Shown piece after piece: positions 21,031 through 31,249 of a DNA stretch of 64,000 bases (within the stretch, counting starts at the first letter, position 1; each line of letters starts with the position of its first letter). The notes under the pieces are model-generated. The model was given only the letters and a program-made list of their open reading frames with translations, searched no databases and was not told where the DNA came from. Source of the DNA: an uncultured Novosphingobium sp. (GTDB lineage: Bacteria; Pseudomonadota; Alphaproteobacteria; Sphingomonadales; Sphingomonadaceae); NCBI GenBank assembly GCA_964592205.1, contig CAZQEH010000007.1:12393-76392 (forward strand). Reading direction: 5' to 3'. Made by a program: the position numbers and the translations under genes.

Positions 21031-21133
21031 TCGCCATCACCAAGGCTGAAGATCCACATCAGACTTGCTTAAAGGTAATTGGCAATACCTGCACCGGTTG
21101 ACGGCCCCTGCCCGTGCGCCATGCTGCGCCGTG

Positions 21134-22498
21134 ATGACCAGACAGATCGAAGAACCCGCCCGCCGGATTGACGTGATCCACGAAACCGACGTGCTCGTGG
21201 TGGGTTCCGGCCCCGGCGGCCTTGCCGCCGCGCTCGCCTCGGCGCGCGCAGGCGTGAAGACCACGCTGGTCGAGCGCTACGGCTGCTTTGGCGGCAATAT
21301 CACGCAAGTCGGCGTCGAGGGCTTTGCCTGGTACCGCCACCCCGCAACGATCGACAGCGAAGGGATCGGGCGTGAGTTCGAGGACCGCGCAATAGCCATG
21401 GATGCCGCGCTCCCCGAACCGCAATCGATCAGCCACGCGCTCGATGCCGAAGCGTTCAAGCATGTGGCAGACGTGCTGGTGAAGGAAGCGGGCGTCATTC
21501 CCATGCTGCACCGGCTCGTCGTCGCACCGATCATGGAAGGCGGCACCATCTGCGGCGTGATCGTCGAAAGCAAGGCGGGGCGCGAGGCGATCCTTGCGCA
21601 GCGGGTTATCGACGCGACGGGCGACGCCGATCTGGCTTTTCGCGGCGGCGCGCCGACGATCAAGCATCCAGTTGACGAGATGATGTCCGTCTCGGTGATG
21701 TTCTCGATGAGCGGAGTGAACAAGGCGCGCTTCATCGAGGCGGTGAAGGCCGATCCGCAGACTTACGGCGACTGGTCTGGCGGCGGCGAGTGGGACATCT
21801 CCACGAGCGGCAAGGAAGACGCGATGTTCTCGCCCTTCCTCAGAAAGCCATTCCGGCAGGCACTGAAGGCGGGGTTGCTCCCCCCCAACCTCGCGACGAT
21901 TGCGGGCACGTGGGGCACGGTTTCCGATCAAGGCGACCTCACCTACCTCAACCTCGTTCATCACTATCTCGATGGCACCGACCCCGACAGCCTGACCCGC
22001 GGCGAGATGGAAGGCCGCGCTGATGCCATGCACGCGATTGCTGCCCTGCGCGCCTATATGCCGGGCTGCGAAGGGGCCAAGCTGCGCAACTTCGGCATGA
22101 CACTGGGCATCCGCGATACGCGCAAGATCGACGCGCTCTACAATATGACCGGCGATGACGTACGCGGCCAAGCGCGGTTCGAGGACTCCATCGGGATTTT
22201 TCCCGAATTCATCGATGGTTATGGCCTGCTGATCCTGCCGACGACAGGGCGCTATTTCCATGTCCCGTACCGCTCGATGGTGCCGCAGGGGATCACCAAC
22301 CTGATCGTTGCGGGCCGTGTGATCGGCGGCGACAAGGTGAGCCATGCGGCGGTGCGCAACATGATGTGCTGCGCGGTTTCAGGCCAGGGCGCAGGTGTTG
22401 CAGCGGCGATTGCGGTGAAGACCGGACGAGACTTCGCCAGCGTTGATATTGCAGCGGTGCAGGCGGAGCTCAGGCGGCAGGGCGCGCGGATTCACTAG
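21134..22498 (+). CDS. FAD-dependent oxidoreductase (FAD_oxidored-like family)
   Basis: DVLVVGSGPGG, LVERYGCFGG, IDATGDAD, GIRDTR, VPYRSMVP, GQGAGVAAA. Confidence 0.88.
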   Translation: MTRQIEEPARRIDVIHETDVLVVGSGPGGLAAALASARAGVKTTLVERYGCFGGNITQVGVEGFAWYRHPATIDSEGIGREFEDRAIAMDAALPEPQSISHALDAEAFKHVADVLVKEAGVIPMLHRLVVAPIMEGGTICGVIVESKAGREAILAQRVIDATGDADLAFRGGAPTIKHPVDEMMSVSVMFSMSGVNKARFIEAVKADPQTYGDWSGGGEWDISTSGKEDAMFSPFLRKPFRQALKAGLLPPNLATIAGTWGTVSDQGDLTYLNLVHHYLDGTDPDSLTRGEMEGRADAMHAIAALRAYMPGCEGAKLRNFGMTLGIRDTRKIDALYNMTGDDVRGQARFEDSIGIFPEFIDGYGLLILPTTGRYFHVPYRSMVPQGITNLIVAGRVIGGDKVSHAAVRNMMCCAVSGQGAGVAAAIAVKTGRDFASVDIAAVQAELRRQGARIH

Positions 22499-22524
22499 TA
22501 AACAAAAGTCGTCATTGCGAGCGG

Positions 22525-23019
22525 TCAGGCCCCCAGCAGCGGCAGGGCCTCTTCCCAGAAGTGGTGCAGGCCTTCCTCATAACTCGCGGGCACGTAGGCC
22601 ACGCAGGCGTCTTCGCTTTCCGCATGGAGCCGCACGCCGACGTGGTCGATCACCGTCGCCGCAGTGGCTCCAGCCGGGAATGCAGCCGCGCTGGTGTCGA
22701 ACACGCCGCCCTCCAGCAGCAGTTCGCGCCAGCCCGGCCCCGCAATGCGAAAGCGGACGATGCCGCCACCGATGCCCGTCAGCGCACCATCATCGCCAAG
22801 GGTGTCAGCGAGAACCGAGGTATCACCCTCGACCAGCCACACTGTCGGCTCATAGCGCAGCAGCGTGGTCGCCGCATTGCCCGCGCTGCGGTTCAGCGGC
22901 GGAGGCGCAAAGCCCAGCCCCTTCTGGATGCGCGCGCCGACGGCGACAGGATTGCTCCAGATCTCCAGCGCGTGGAGCGGTGCGGCCGGAAGAGCGATGA
23001 TCGAGGTCGTATCAGTCAC
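22525..23019 (-). CDS. soxG: Heterotetrameric sarcosine oxidase gamma subunit-like protein
   Basis: Last gene after soxB-D-A; GTG start overlaps the soxA stop; size and layout fit SoxG but sequence is divergent. Confidence 0.7.
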   Translation of the reverse strand: MTDTTSIIALPAAPLHALEIWSNPVAVGARIQKGLGFAPPPLNRSAGNAATTLLRYEPTVWLVEGDTSVLADTLGDDGALTGIGGGIVRFRIAGPGWRELLLEGGVFDTSAAAFPAGATAATVIDHVGVRLHAESEDACVAYVPASYEEGLHHFWEEALPLLGA

Positions 23020-25777
23020 GGTAGCGTTCCCCGGCGGGATCATAGAAGTGCGGCGAAGTTACGCGCACGCGGGCCTTCTCGCCGCGCGTGGGCGATGTCA
23101 CGATCATCTCCTCGCCGTGGCGCTTGTGCCCGCCTTCGAGCAACGCGAGCGCAATGGCCCCGCCTTCCAGAATGCGGCGCGCTGCGGCGGTGACATGCCC
23201 TTGCGGTGACTGGCCCGCCCGCTGGATCAGCATCCCGCCTTCGGGGATCGGCCCATCAAGGCTGACGAGGCCGACGAGGTTGTTGCGGTTCGGTGCGCTG
23301 AGTGCAGGCCGCGTCAGACCTGCCGCACCGATAAAGCCGCCTGCCTTGTTGAGCATTCCGCCAAGACCAAGATCGTGCGGCGTGGAGCGGCCATCAACTT
23401 CGCCGCCGACGACCACGTGGCCCTTCTCGATGCGCAGGAGTTCCATGGCTTCAAGGCCATAGGGTGCTCCGCCTTCTGCGCGGGTCGCAGCTTCGATGGC
23501 ATGCCAGACGGCGGCGGCGTGGGTCGCTTCGACATGGATCTCGAAAGCGCGTTCGCCGCTGTAGCTGGCGGCGAGGACATGGACGGGTACGCCTGCCAGC
23601 ACGCCCGGCGCATAGCCCATGTGGCGGGGCGGCTCGGCGCCGATAAGGCTGGCGAGGATCGCACGCGCCTTGGGGCCAGCCAGCGCGATACCCGCGTAGT
23701 GCTCCTGCACGTTGACCACCGAGCACTTGAGATCGGGCCGCAGCGAGTTGCGCACATAGGAAATGAAGTGCGCCATGCGGTCGGCACCGCCGGTGGAGCT
23801 CGTCAGCAGGAAGCGGCTTTCCGCGAGGCGCCAGACGGTGCCGTCGTCGTTCACGAAACCATCTTCGCGGCACATGAAGGTATAGCGCCCTCGCCCGACC
23901 GCCAGTTTGCCGACGGTTGTCGCACACACCAGTTCAAGCAGCTTGGCTGCATCGGGGCCGCTCACTTCGAACTTGCCGAGCGTGGACACATCGCTGAGGC
24001 CTGCCACGGTACGCACGGTGCGTGCTTCGCGCAGTGCGGCTTCGGCAAGGCTCTCGCCGTTCACGGGATAGGCGCGCGGGCGGAACCAGTAGCCCAGCGG
24101 CTGCCAGATCGGATCGTGCGCTTCGTGCAGCGCATGCAAGGGGATCCGGCGCACGTGTGCCCCCGCATTGCGTGCGCCGGCGCCCGCCAGCAGGCCCATC
24201 GTAACGGGCGTGAACGGCGGACGAAACGTGGTGAGGCCGGCCTCGGGCACGGTCACATGCTGCTTTTCAGCAAGGCGCGAGAGCGCGACCATATTGCTGG
24301 TCTTGCCCTGATCAGTCGCCATGCCGAGCGTGGTGTAGCGCTTGAGGTGCTCGACCGAGCGGTAGCCTTCCTGCCAGGCAAGATCGATGTCCGCGAGGCT
24401 GACGTCGTTCTGGAAATCGACGAAGCTTTTCTTGGCCTTGCCGGCCGGCGGCACGGCAGGCGCAGCAGGCGGGTTTAGTGCGGCACCGACAGTCTCGCAG
24501 ACCTGCGGCGTCTCACCGGGGATGAAAGCCTGCGCCTCCTCGTTCCACGTCAGCTTGCCGCCCGCCTGCATGTGCAAGTGCGAGACGGGCACGAAGCCGC
24601 CAGAGACGGCGATGAGGTCCGCGTTGAAGCTCTGCTCGCTGCCGCCGATGACGGCGGTTACCTTGCGCAAGGCATGCTTGCGGCCGGTGACGCTGGAAGG
24701 GCGCGCATCGTGGTAGACGGTAACGCCAGCGGGTGCCGCCGGGCCGGAGGCACGGGCATCGAGCAGCGCCACGACTTCGGCGCCCGCTTCGACGAGGGCC
24801 TCTGCCGTCAGATAGGCATCATCGTTGTTGGTGGCGATGACGACCCGCTTGCCGGGGAGCACGCCCCAGCGGCGCACATAACTGCGCACGGCCTGCGAGA
24901 GCATGACGCCGGGGTGATCGTTGTTCGCGAAAGGAACCGGGCGCTCGATCAGCCCGGTGGCGAGGATCACCCGCCCTGCCCGCACGTGCCACAGCCGCTG
25001 GGCAAAGCCATGTGACGGAACCGCGCCGGGCTCGGCAAGGCGCTGGGTGAGCGTCAGGAAGTTGTGGTCCCAGTAGCCGGACGCGGTTGTGCGGAGGAAA
25101 ACCTTGCCATCCAGCGCCTTGATCCGCTCCACCATGGCGGCGGGATCAATGGCCGAATCGGGATCACGCAGCAGCGAACCGCCGGGGACGGCATCCTGCT
25201 CGACCAGCCAGACGCGCTTGCCCGCCTCGGCAGCGTCCAGTGCGGCCTTGAGGCCCGCCGGACCGGAGCCCACGATCAGCACATCGCAGAAACCGGCGGC
25301 CTGCGAGAAATTGTCGGGATCCGCCTCGGTCGGTGCATCGCCGAGGCCGGCGGCGCGGCGGATGAAGGCTTCGTAGCGCAGCCAGTGCTTCGCCGGGCCA
25401 AAGAAGGTCTTGTAGTAGAACCCGGCGCCGAGCGCAGGCGCGGCAAGGCCGAAGATCGAGGCGATGTCGAACGACAGGCTGGGCCAGCGGTTCTGGCTCA
25501 TCGCGACCATGCCGGGATAGACGAACAAGTCGGTCGCGCGGGTATTGGGCTCGGCGCGGCCGCCGGTGCCGACCGTGACGAGCGCGTTGGGCTCCTCGAT
25601 GCCCGCGGTCATGATCCCGCGCGGGCGGTGATACTTGAAGCTGCGGCCGACGAGGCCAATGCCGTTCGCGAGCAGTGCTGCGGCGAGCGTGTCACCGGGG
25701 CGGGCGTGAAGGCCCACGCCATCGAAGGTGAACGAGATGGTTTCCTCGCCCGAAGGCGCGCGCGTCGGGCCGCTCAT
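23012..25777 (-). CDS. soxA: Sarcosine oxidase alpha subunit
   Basis: GDTLAAALLANG..GRSFKYHRPRG, VEHLKRYTTLGMATDQGKTSN, DVSTLGK, folate-binding GcvT-like C-terminal half. Confidence 0.92.
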   Translation of the reverse strand: MSGPTRAPSGEETISFTFDGVGLHARPGDTLAAALLANGIGLVGRSFKYHRPRGIMTAGIEEPNALVTVGTGGRAEPNTRATDLFVYPGMVAMSQNRWPSLSFDIASIFGLAAPALGAGFYYKTFFGPAKHWLRYEAFIRRAAGLGDAPTEADPDNFSQAAGFCDVLIVGSGPAGLKAALDAAEAGKRVWLVEQDAVPGGSLLRDPDSAIDPAAMVERIKALDGKVFLRTTASGYWDHNFLTLTQRLAEPGAVPSHGFAQRLWHVRAGRVILATGLIERPVPFANNDHPGVMLSQAVRSYVRRWGVLPGKRVVIATNNDDAYLTAEALVEAGAEVVALLDARASGPAAPAGVTVYHDARPSSVTGRKHALRKVTAVIGGSEQSFNADLIAVSGGFVPVSHLHMQAGGKLTWNEEAQAFIPGETPQVCETVGAALNPPAAPAVPPAGKAKKSFVDFQNDVSLADIDLAWQEGYRSVEHLKRYTTLGMATDQGKTSNMVALSRLAEKQHVTVPEAGLTTFRPPFTPVTMGLLAGAGARNAGAHVRRIPLHALHEAHDPIWQPLGYWFRPRAYPVNGESLAEAALREARTVRTVAGLSDVSTLGKFEVSGPDAAKLLELVCATTVGKLAVGRGRYTFMCREDGFVNDDGTVWRLAESRFLLTSSTGGADRMAHFISYVRNSLRPDLKCSVVNVQEHYAGIALAGPKARAILASLIGAEPPRHMGYAPGVLAGVPVHVLAASYSGERAFEIHVEATHAAAVWHAIEAATRAEGGAPYGLEAMELLRIEKGHVVVGGEVDGRSTPHDLGLGGMLNKAGGFIGAAGLTRPALSAPNRNNLVGLVSLDGPIPEGGMLIQRAGQSPQGHVTAAARRILEGGAIALALLEGGHKRHGEEMIVTSPTRGEKARVRVTSPHFYDPAGERYRD

Positions 25778-26037
25778 GGCAGCGCCTCCGGACCGACGGT
25801 GCGCACGGCATGAATCTCATGCGTCACCCGGTGGCGGGTGAGCACCATCCATGCGCGGCAGCCATAGGTGTGGCGCCAGATTTCATCGTCGAGCCCCATC
25901 GGATTGGCGCGGGTGAATAGCGCCTGCATCGCAGTCTGGGCATCGCCAGCGGGATCGACGACGGAATCGGTCGTGCGCTCGTAGGTGAATTCCGTCTGGG
26001 CGCGCGGGCCGCAGTGGGGACAGGTGATCTGGTACAT
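25774..26037 (-). CDS. soxD: Sarcosine oxidase delta subunit
   Basis: CPHCGPR...EF, W.H..GC..W zinc motif. Confidence 0.92.
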   Translation of the reverse strand: MYQITCPHCGPRAQTEFTYERTTDSVVDPAGDAQTAMQALFTRANPMGLDDEIWRHTYGCRAWMVLTRHRVTHEIHAVRTVGPEALP

Positions 26038-26050
26038 GTCTGTGCCTGTC

Positions 26051-27310
26051 TCAGCGGTGGTTCGGGAACGGACCGACGGAGGTTTCGTCGATCGTGGCCC
26101 CGGTCATGAAGCGTTCGAGGCTGAAGGGTGCGTTCAGTTCGTGCGGCTTGCCGGTGGCGAGCGTGTGGGCATAAGTCCAGCCCGAGGCCGGCGTCGCCTT
26201 GAAGCCGCCGTAGCACCAGCCGGCATTGAGATAGAGCCCATCAATGGGGCTCGGGCCGATGATCGGCGAACCGTCGAAGCTCATGTCTGTCACGCCCGAC
26301 CAGGTGCGCAGCATCCTGAGGCGCGAAAGCGCGGGCATGCACGTCACCGCCTGCGCGATGGCGTGTTCCTTGATCGTCGGCTGGCCGCGGCGGGCATAGC
26401 TCGGCCAGTTGTCCGGATCACCGCCCATCACGATGCCGCCCTTGTCTGACTGGCTGATGTAGAAGTGGAGCGACTGCGACATGACAACAGACTGCACCAT
26501 CGGCTTGACGCCTTCGGTGACGAGTGCCTGCAGCGTCTGCGATTCAATCGGCAGGCGCAGCCCGGCAAGGCCGGCGACATGGCCGCTATGGCCCGCCACG
26601 CAGATGCCGGTGCGGCCCGCCAGGATGCGGCCGCGCGTGGTCTCGACGCCGGTGATGCGGTTCCCATCCTTCACGAAGCCCGTAACTTCGCACTTCTGGA
26701 TGATATCGACGCCCAGCGCATCCGCAGCGCGGGCATAACCCCACGCAACCGCATCATGCCGCGCGGTGCCGGCGCGCCACTGAATCAACGCGCCGTCGAT
26801 CGGGAAGCGGGTGTTGCGGGAAAGATCGAGCAGCGGCTCGATCTTGGCAATCTGCTTCGGCGTCAGCAGTTCCGCGTCGATCCCGTCGCAGCGCATGGCA
26901 TCGCCGCGTTCAGCGAGCTTGATCATGTCGCCATCATTGTGGCCGAGGAACATCGCGCCGCGCGGGCTGAACATGACGTTGTAGTTCAGGTCGTCGCTCA
27001 GGCCGTGCCACAGCTTGAGGCCGAACTCGAAGAAGTTATGCAACTGCGGCAGGCGGTAGTTCGAGCGCACCAGCGTGGTGTTGCGCCCGACGTTGCCGCC
27101 GCCGATCCAGCTCTTTTCCAGCACCGCGACATTGCGGATGCCGTGGACCTTGGCGAGGTAGTAGGCGGTGGCAAGCCCATGCCCGCCGCCGCCGATGATG
27201 ATGACATCATAGCTCGCGCGCGGCTCCGGATCGCGCCACGCCGGTTCCCAGTGCTTTTGCCCGTTGAGCGCGCCGCGCAGCAGGCTGAAGGCGGAATAGG
27301 GTGCTTTCAT
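26051..27310 (-). CDS. soxB: Sarcosine oxidase beta subunit
   Basis: IIGGGGHGLATAYYLAK, GGGNVGRNTT, GTARHDAVAWGYARAA, GWCYGGFKATP. Confidence 0.93.
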   Translation of the reverse strand: MKAPYSAFSLLRGALNGQKHWEPAWRDPEPRASYDVIIIGGGGHGLATAYYLAKVHGIRNVAVLEKSWIGGGNVGRNTTLVRSNYRLPQLHNFFEFGLKLWHGLSDDLNYNVMFSPRGAMFLGHNDGDMIKLAERGDAMRCDGIDAELLTPKQIAKIEPLLDLSRNTRFPIDGALIQWRAGTARHDAVAWGYARAADALGVDIIQKCEVTGFVKDGNRITGVETTRGRILAGRTGICVAGHSGHVAGLAGLRLPIESQTLQALVTEGVKPMVQSVVMSQSLHFYISQSDKGGIVMGGDPDNWPSYARRGQPTIKEHAIAQAVTCMPALSRLRMLRTWSGVTDMSFDGSPIIGPSPIDGLYLNAGWCYGGFKATPASGWTYAHTLATGKPHELNAPFSLERFMTGATIDETSVGPFPNHR

Positions 27311-28518
27311 GCCGCCTTGGGCGCCTGCCAGCCGCGCTGCTCGCGCCAGTCCGCGCCGATGCCATCAAAGCGCGAGAGGCTGAGCTTGGCGATGTCGGTG
27401 AAGCTGCACTGCCCATCGACGACGAGATCGCGTACCGCATGGCCCGAGGCGGGCGAAAGGCCGAAGCCGACGCCGGACATTGTGACGACGGTGACGTTCT
27501 CCGGGTCCTTCATCCGGTCGATGATCGGGCGGCCGTCAGGCGTATTCTCGACGATGCCCGCCCAGGAGCGGATGACATTGAGGTGCGCCGCCTTGGGGAA
27601 CAGTTCGGCAACACGGCGCGCAAGGTTGCGTGTGAGCGGCGAGCTGGGGCGCGCAGGCGGGCCTCCCTCAAGCGTTTCCAGCCATTCGTGCGGGCCGCCG
27701 CCATAAGCGAGATTGCCGCGCAGGGTCTGGCGGCCATAGAGGCCGTTTCCGTCAACGCCGCCGATAGGCATCATCGGCGCTGGTTCGGTGACGATCATTT
27801 CCGCGCGCGCCGCGGCGAGCGGAACTTCGACGCCGAGCTTCGCCATCATCGCCTGGATCTGCGGGCCTGCGGCAACGACAACCGCGTCGCACTCGTGGCG
27901 GCCTGACGTGGCGTGAACCGCGACGACCTTGCTGCCAACGGTCTCGAAGCCCGTCACCGGGCTGTGCTGGTAGATGCGCCCGCCCAGATCCTGCAGCGCC
28001 CAGGCATAGGCCTGAACGGAGCGCTGCGGGTTGGCGTGGCCACCGAAGCGGTAGTGCATGCCGCCAAGGCAGTTGTCCCCCGCCAGCGGCACCATTGCGC
28101 GCACCTGATCGCCATCAAGCAGATCGACACGGTAGCCCATGTCGTTGTTCATCTTGGCGAGATAATGGTATTGATTCAGCTGCTTGGGACTCACCGCGAT
28201 GACGAGGCGTTCCTGCTGGTGCTCGGTCGGATAGCCGAGCAGCGCGTCCATGTGCGGCCACATGCGCTGCTCTTCCTCGAACAGCGGGCTCTGATAGTGC
28301 GAGGCACCGCCGCCGTTGCGGCCCGAGGCTTCCCAGCCGACGATGCCCTTGTCGAGCACCGTGACCTCAGCACCCGAGCGGGCGAGCCACCAGCCGGCGC
28401 TGAGGCCGGAAACGCCGCCGCCGACAATGACGACCTTCATCCCGTTCGCGGAACCGGCGACCTTCGCCATGGTTTCCTGCGGGGTTTCCGCAGGTGCGGG
28501 CATACCGACGTAGGTCAT
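27307..28518 (-). CDS. DAO-family FAD oxidoreductase (OoxB/HcnC-like subunit)
   Basis: IVGGGVSG, EASGRNGG, GHANP, IRSWAG..ENTPDGRPII, GFGLSP. Confidence 0.8.
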   Translation of the reverse strand: MTYVGMPAPAETPQETMAKVAGSANGMKVVIVGGGVSGLSAGWWLARSGAEVTVLDKGIVGWEASGRNGGGASHYQSPLFEEEQRMWPHMDALLGYPTEHQQERLVIAVSPKQLNQYHYLAKMNNDMGYRVDLLDGDQVRAMVPLAGDNCLGGMHYRFGGHANPQRSVQAYAWALQDLGGRIYQHSPVTGFETVGSKVVAVHATSGRHECDAVVVAAGPQIQAMMAKLGVEVPLAAARAEMIVTEPAPMMPIGGVDGNGLYGRQTLRGNLAYGGGPHEWLETLEGGPPARPSSPLTRNLARRVAELFPKAAHLNVIRSWAGIVENTPDGRPIIDRMKDPENVTVVTMSGVGFGLSPASGHAVRDLVVDGQCSFTDIAKLSLSRFDGIGADWREQRGWQAPKAA

Positions 28519-28519
28519 C

Positions 28520-29980
28520 TTAGAGGCTCCACCCTTCGGCGATGGCGGTCTGGTGCTCGTGCTCGCGCGGCGTGTTGATGTCACGGTAGGGCACCCACTG
28601 CGTCGGGATGCCGAACCACACGTCCCATCCGGCGCGCATCTCTTCGCTTTCTTCCCAATCCGCGAGAATGCGCAGCGGAAGCGGCCGAACCGGCGCGCGA
28701 TGGGTGGCGAGCGGGACCAAGCCGAACGGACCGTCTGCTGCCATCGCCAGCATCATCGCCACCTGATCGCGGCAGCGGCGGCCCTGGCACACGCCCATCC
28801 CGGCACGGGTCAGGCGCTTGATCTGGTCGGGGTTCGGCGGGCCATCCTTGATGAGCGTATCGAGCGAACGCGCCTGCATCGGCGCGGGGCGTTCGAGGTA
28901 GCGCGGGGGCTGCACGCCGAGCAGATCGCCGCGGGTCACTTCCTCGCACTGGCAGACGATGGTGTCGGGGTTCGAGAGCTTGCCGAGTTCGCGCGCCCAT
29001 TCCATGCGGTAGTCCACGTGGTCGAAGCCGGTATCCGCAAGGCCCGCGCAATCGCCGACGCAGGTCACGCCGTCGTTATCACCAGGGATATAGCCTCCGC
29101 GCGCGCCATCGAGCACGCGCTTGCCGCCCATCGCGTCGATCAGTTCGATCGAAGGGACGAGGCCGATGGCGAGCACGATCGTATCGACCGCGATCTCTGC
29201 GCCCGAGCGCAGGCGGACGCGTTCGACGCCGTCGATGCCGCCGATGGCTTCGGCAGGGGCGTCTTCCAGATAGAACGGGATCTGCGCAGCGCGGACGGCT
29301 TCGGCGAGCGCGGCATCGCCCTGCGGCGCAGAGCGCACTTCGACAAGGCCCGCCACATCGACGCCCTTGTCGCGGGCAAGGAGCGCGGTTTCGAGGGCGA
29401 GGTTGTGGCTACCGACGATGAGGATGCGCTTGCCAGCGAAGGCTTCGTAATGCGCGAGCAGGCGTTCAAGCGCAGCAGCACCCATCACGCCCGGCTGGTT
29501 CCAGCCCGGGAAGCCGATGGCGAGATCGCGCGCGCCGGTGGCGAGGACGAGTTCGTTATATCCGACGATCCAGCCGCGATCCTTGTCTGCCAGCGCGACG
29601 ACGCTTTCGGGCAGCCCCGTGATGCCCGCGCCATTGCGGTAGACGCCCCAAGCGCTGGTGCCGAGCAGGACTTCGACGCCCGCGTCCATCGCGGCTTCGA
29701 GCATCGGCTCGCTCATGAACACGGTCTCGAGCATGCGCTCGGCGTTCTGCGTCGCCGTGGTCATGCGGCCGCCGAACAGGAGCGGCACGTCGTTGCCCAT
29801 GGCAGCGCCGGGAATCGGGTTCTCGTCGACGAGGAGGACGGACTTGCCCTCCCCTGCCCCGGCGAGCGCGGCAGCAAGGCCAGCAGGCCCCGCGCCGACG
29901 ACAACCATGTCATAGCGCGTTTCGGGCGCAGGGAGCTTGGTGCCGATCGCATGGGGATCGGTTCCGTTGTTAATGTGCAT
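28520..29980 (-). CDS. NAD(P)/FAD oxidoreductase with C-terminal BFD-like Fe-S motif (OoxA/HcnB-like subunit)
   Basis: VVGAGPAG, LATGARD...FPGW..PGVM, IVCQCEEVT...KRLTRAGMGVCQGRRC, RAPVRP. Confidence 0.82.
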   Translation of the reverse strand: MHINNGTDPHAIGTKLPAPETRYDMVVVGAGPAGLAAALAGAGEGKSVLLVDENPIPGAAMGNDVPLLFGGRMTTATQNAERMLETVFMSEPMLEAAMDAGVEVLLGTSAWGVYRNGAGITGLPESVVALADKDRGWIVGYNELVLATGARDLAIGFPGWNQPGVMGAAALERLLAHYEAFAGKRILIVGSHNLALETALLARDKGVDVAGLVEVRSAPQGDAALAEAVRAAQIPFYLEDAPAEAIGGIDGVERVRLRSGAEIAVDTIVLAIGLVPSIELIDAMGGKRVLDGARGGYIPGDNDGVTCVGDCAGLADTGFDHVDYRMEWARELGKLSNPDTIVCQCEEVTRGDLLGVQPPRYLERPAPMQARSLDTLIKDGPPNPDQIKRLTRAGMGVCQGRRCRDQVAMMLAMAADGPFGLVPLATHRAPVRPLPLRILADWEESEEMRAGWDVWFGIPTQWVPYRDINTPREHEHQTAIAEGWSL

Positions 29981-29983
29981 GTT

Positions 29984-31249
29984 TCAGACAGCCTCTAGTG
30001 CCTGGGAAAGGTCGGCGATGATATCATCGGCGTGTTCAAGCCCGACGGACAGGCGCATCGTGCCGTCGGTGATCCCGCCGGCAAGACGCCCCTCGCGCGG
30101 GACGGCGTAGTGCGTGGTCGTCGCCGAATGGCAGATCAGCGTTTCCGATCCGCCAAGGCTGACCGCCAGCTTCAGCAGTTTCAGCGCATCGAGCATGCGG
30201 AACGATTCCGCCTCACCGCCATGGAGGTGAAACGAGAAAGTGGAGCCCGCGCCCTTGCATTGCCGGTCGTAGACTGCCTTCGCGGGCGTACCTTCAGCAA
30301 GGAAGCCAAGATAGGTGACTCCAGCCACCTTGGGATGATCGCGGAGGAATTCCGCCACCTTGCGCGCATTCTCCATCGCCCGCTCGATCCGCACGGCAGC
30401 GGATTCAAGGCTGCGCACGACAAGCCAAGCAGTGAATGGATCGAGGTGATTGCCCCAGGTGGTGCGCAAGGCGCGCAGCTGGTGGATCAGCTCCAGCTTG
30501 CCGGTTACTCCGCCCGCCAGCAGATCGCTGTGCCCGGCGCAGTACTTGGTGAGCGAAGTCATGCACAGGTCAACGCCCTGCTCGATGGGCCGCTGCGCGA
30601 AGGGACCGAGCAGGGTGTTGTCGACGACGACCAGCGGACGGCGGCCCGTCTCGCGGCCGATTTCGTCAGCCACGGCGACCATCAGATCGAGATCGACGAT
30701 AGCAGCCGTCGGGTTCGCCGGGGTTTCCGCCACGATCAGCGCGAGCGGTCCCTTGGCAAGCGCCGCGCGGGCGGCGGCGCGGACATGGTCCGGGTCGCAG
30801 CCGTCGGTATAGGTTTCGACATGCGTGCCGAAGCCCGGCATGACCGCGCCGTAGAGCATATCCACTCCCCCGTAGATCGGGCGGCCATGGAGCACGCTGT
30901 CACCCGGCCTCACGAACGTCAGCGCGATCGACGAATGCGCGGCCATCCCGCTCGAAAATGCGGCAGCCGCCTCGGCACCGTCAATCGCGGCAAGGCGCGT
31001 TTCGAGGATATCGAGCCCCGGGTGGCCGAGGCGCGAATAGATATGCCCCCCGCCCTGCTTCCCTGCCAGCGGCCCGGTGCCGTCGAAGAACGCCTCGTGG
31101 ACGTCTTTGGCGTGCTGGGCGCTGGGGTAGATGAAAGTCGAGGTGAGATAGACCGGCGGTTTGACCGCGCCGAGCGCCTCGGCGGGATCATAGCCGAAGG
31201 CGACAGCGAGCGTTTCGGGACGAAGTCCCTTCGGAGAATCAGCGGCCAT
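29984..31249 (-). CDS. PLP-dependent cystathionine gamma-synthase / methionine gamma-lyase family enzyme
   Basis: GYDP...GAVKPPVYLTSTF, YSRLGHP, FSSGMAA, ETPANPT, DNT, SLTKYCAGHSD (PLP Lys), AVSLGGSETL. Confidence 0.9.
   Translation of the reverse strand: MAADSPKGLRPETLAVAFGYDPAEALGAVKPPVYLTSTFIYPSAQHAKDVHEAFFDGTGPLAGKQGGGHIYSRLGHPGLDILETRLAAIDGAEAAAAFSSGMAAHSSIALTFVRPGDSVLHGRPIYGGVDMLYGAVMPGFGTHVETYTDGCDPDHVRAAARAALAKGPLALIVAETPANPTAAIVDLDLMVAVADEIGRETGRRPLVVVDNTLLGPFAQRPIEQGVDLCMTSLTKYCAGHSDLLAGGVTGKLELIHQLRALRTTWGNHLDPFTAWLVVRSLESAAVRIERAMENARKVAEFLRDHPKVAGVTYLGFLAEGTPAKAVYDRQCKGAGSTFSFHLHGGEAESFRMLDALKLLKLAVSLGGSETLICHSATTTHYAVPREGRLAGGITDGTMRLSVGLEHADDIIADLSQALEAV

Noticed and set aside
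27307..29980. Hydrogen cyanide synthase hcnBC
   Set aside because: No hcnA, catabolic context; family-level similarity only
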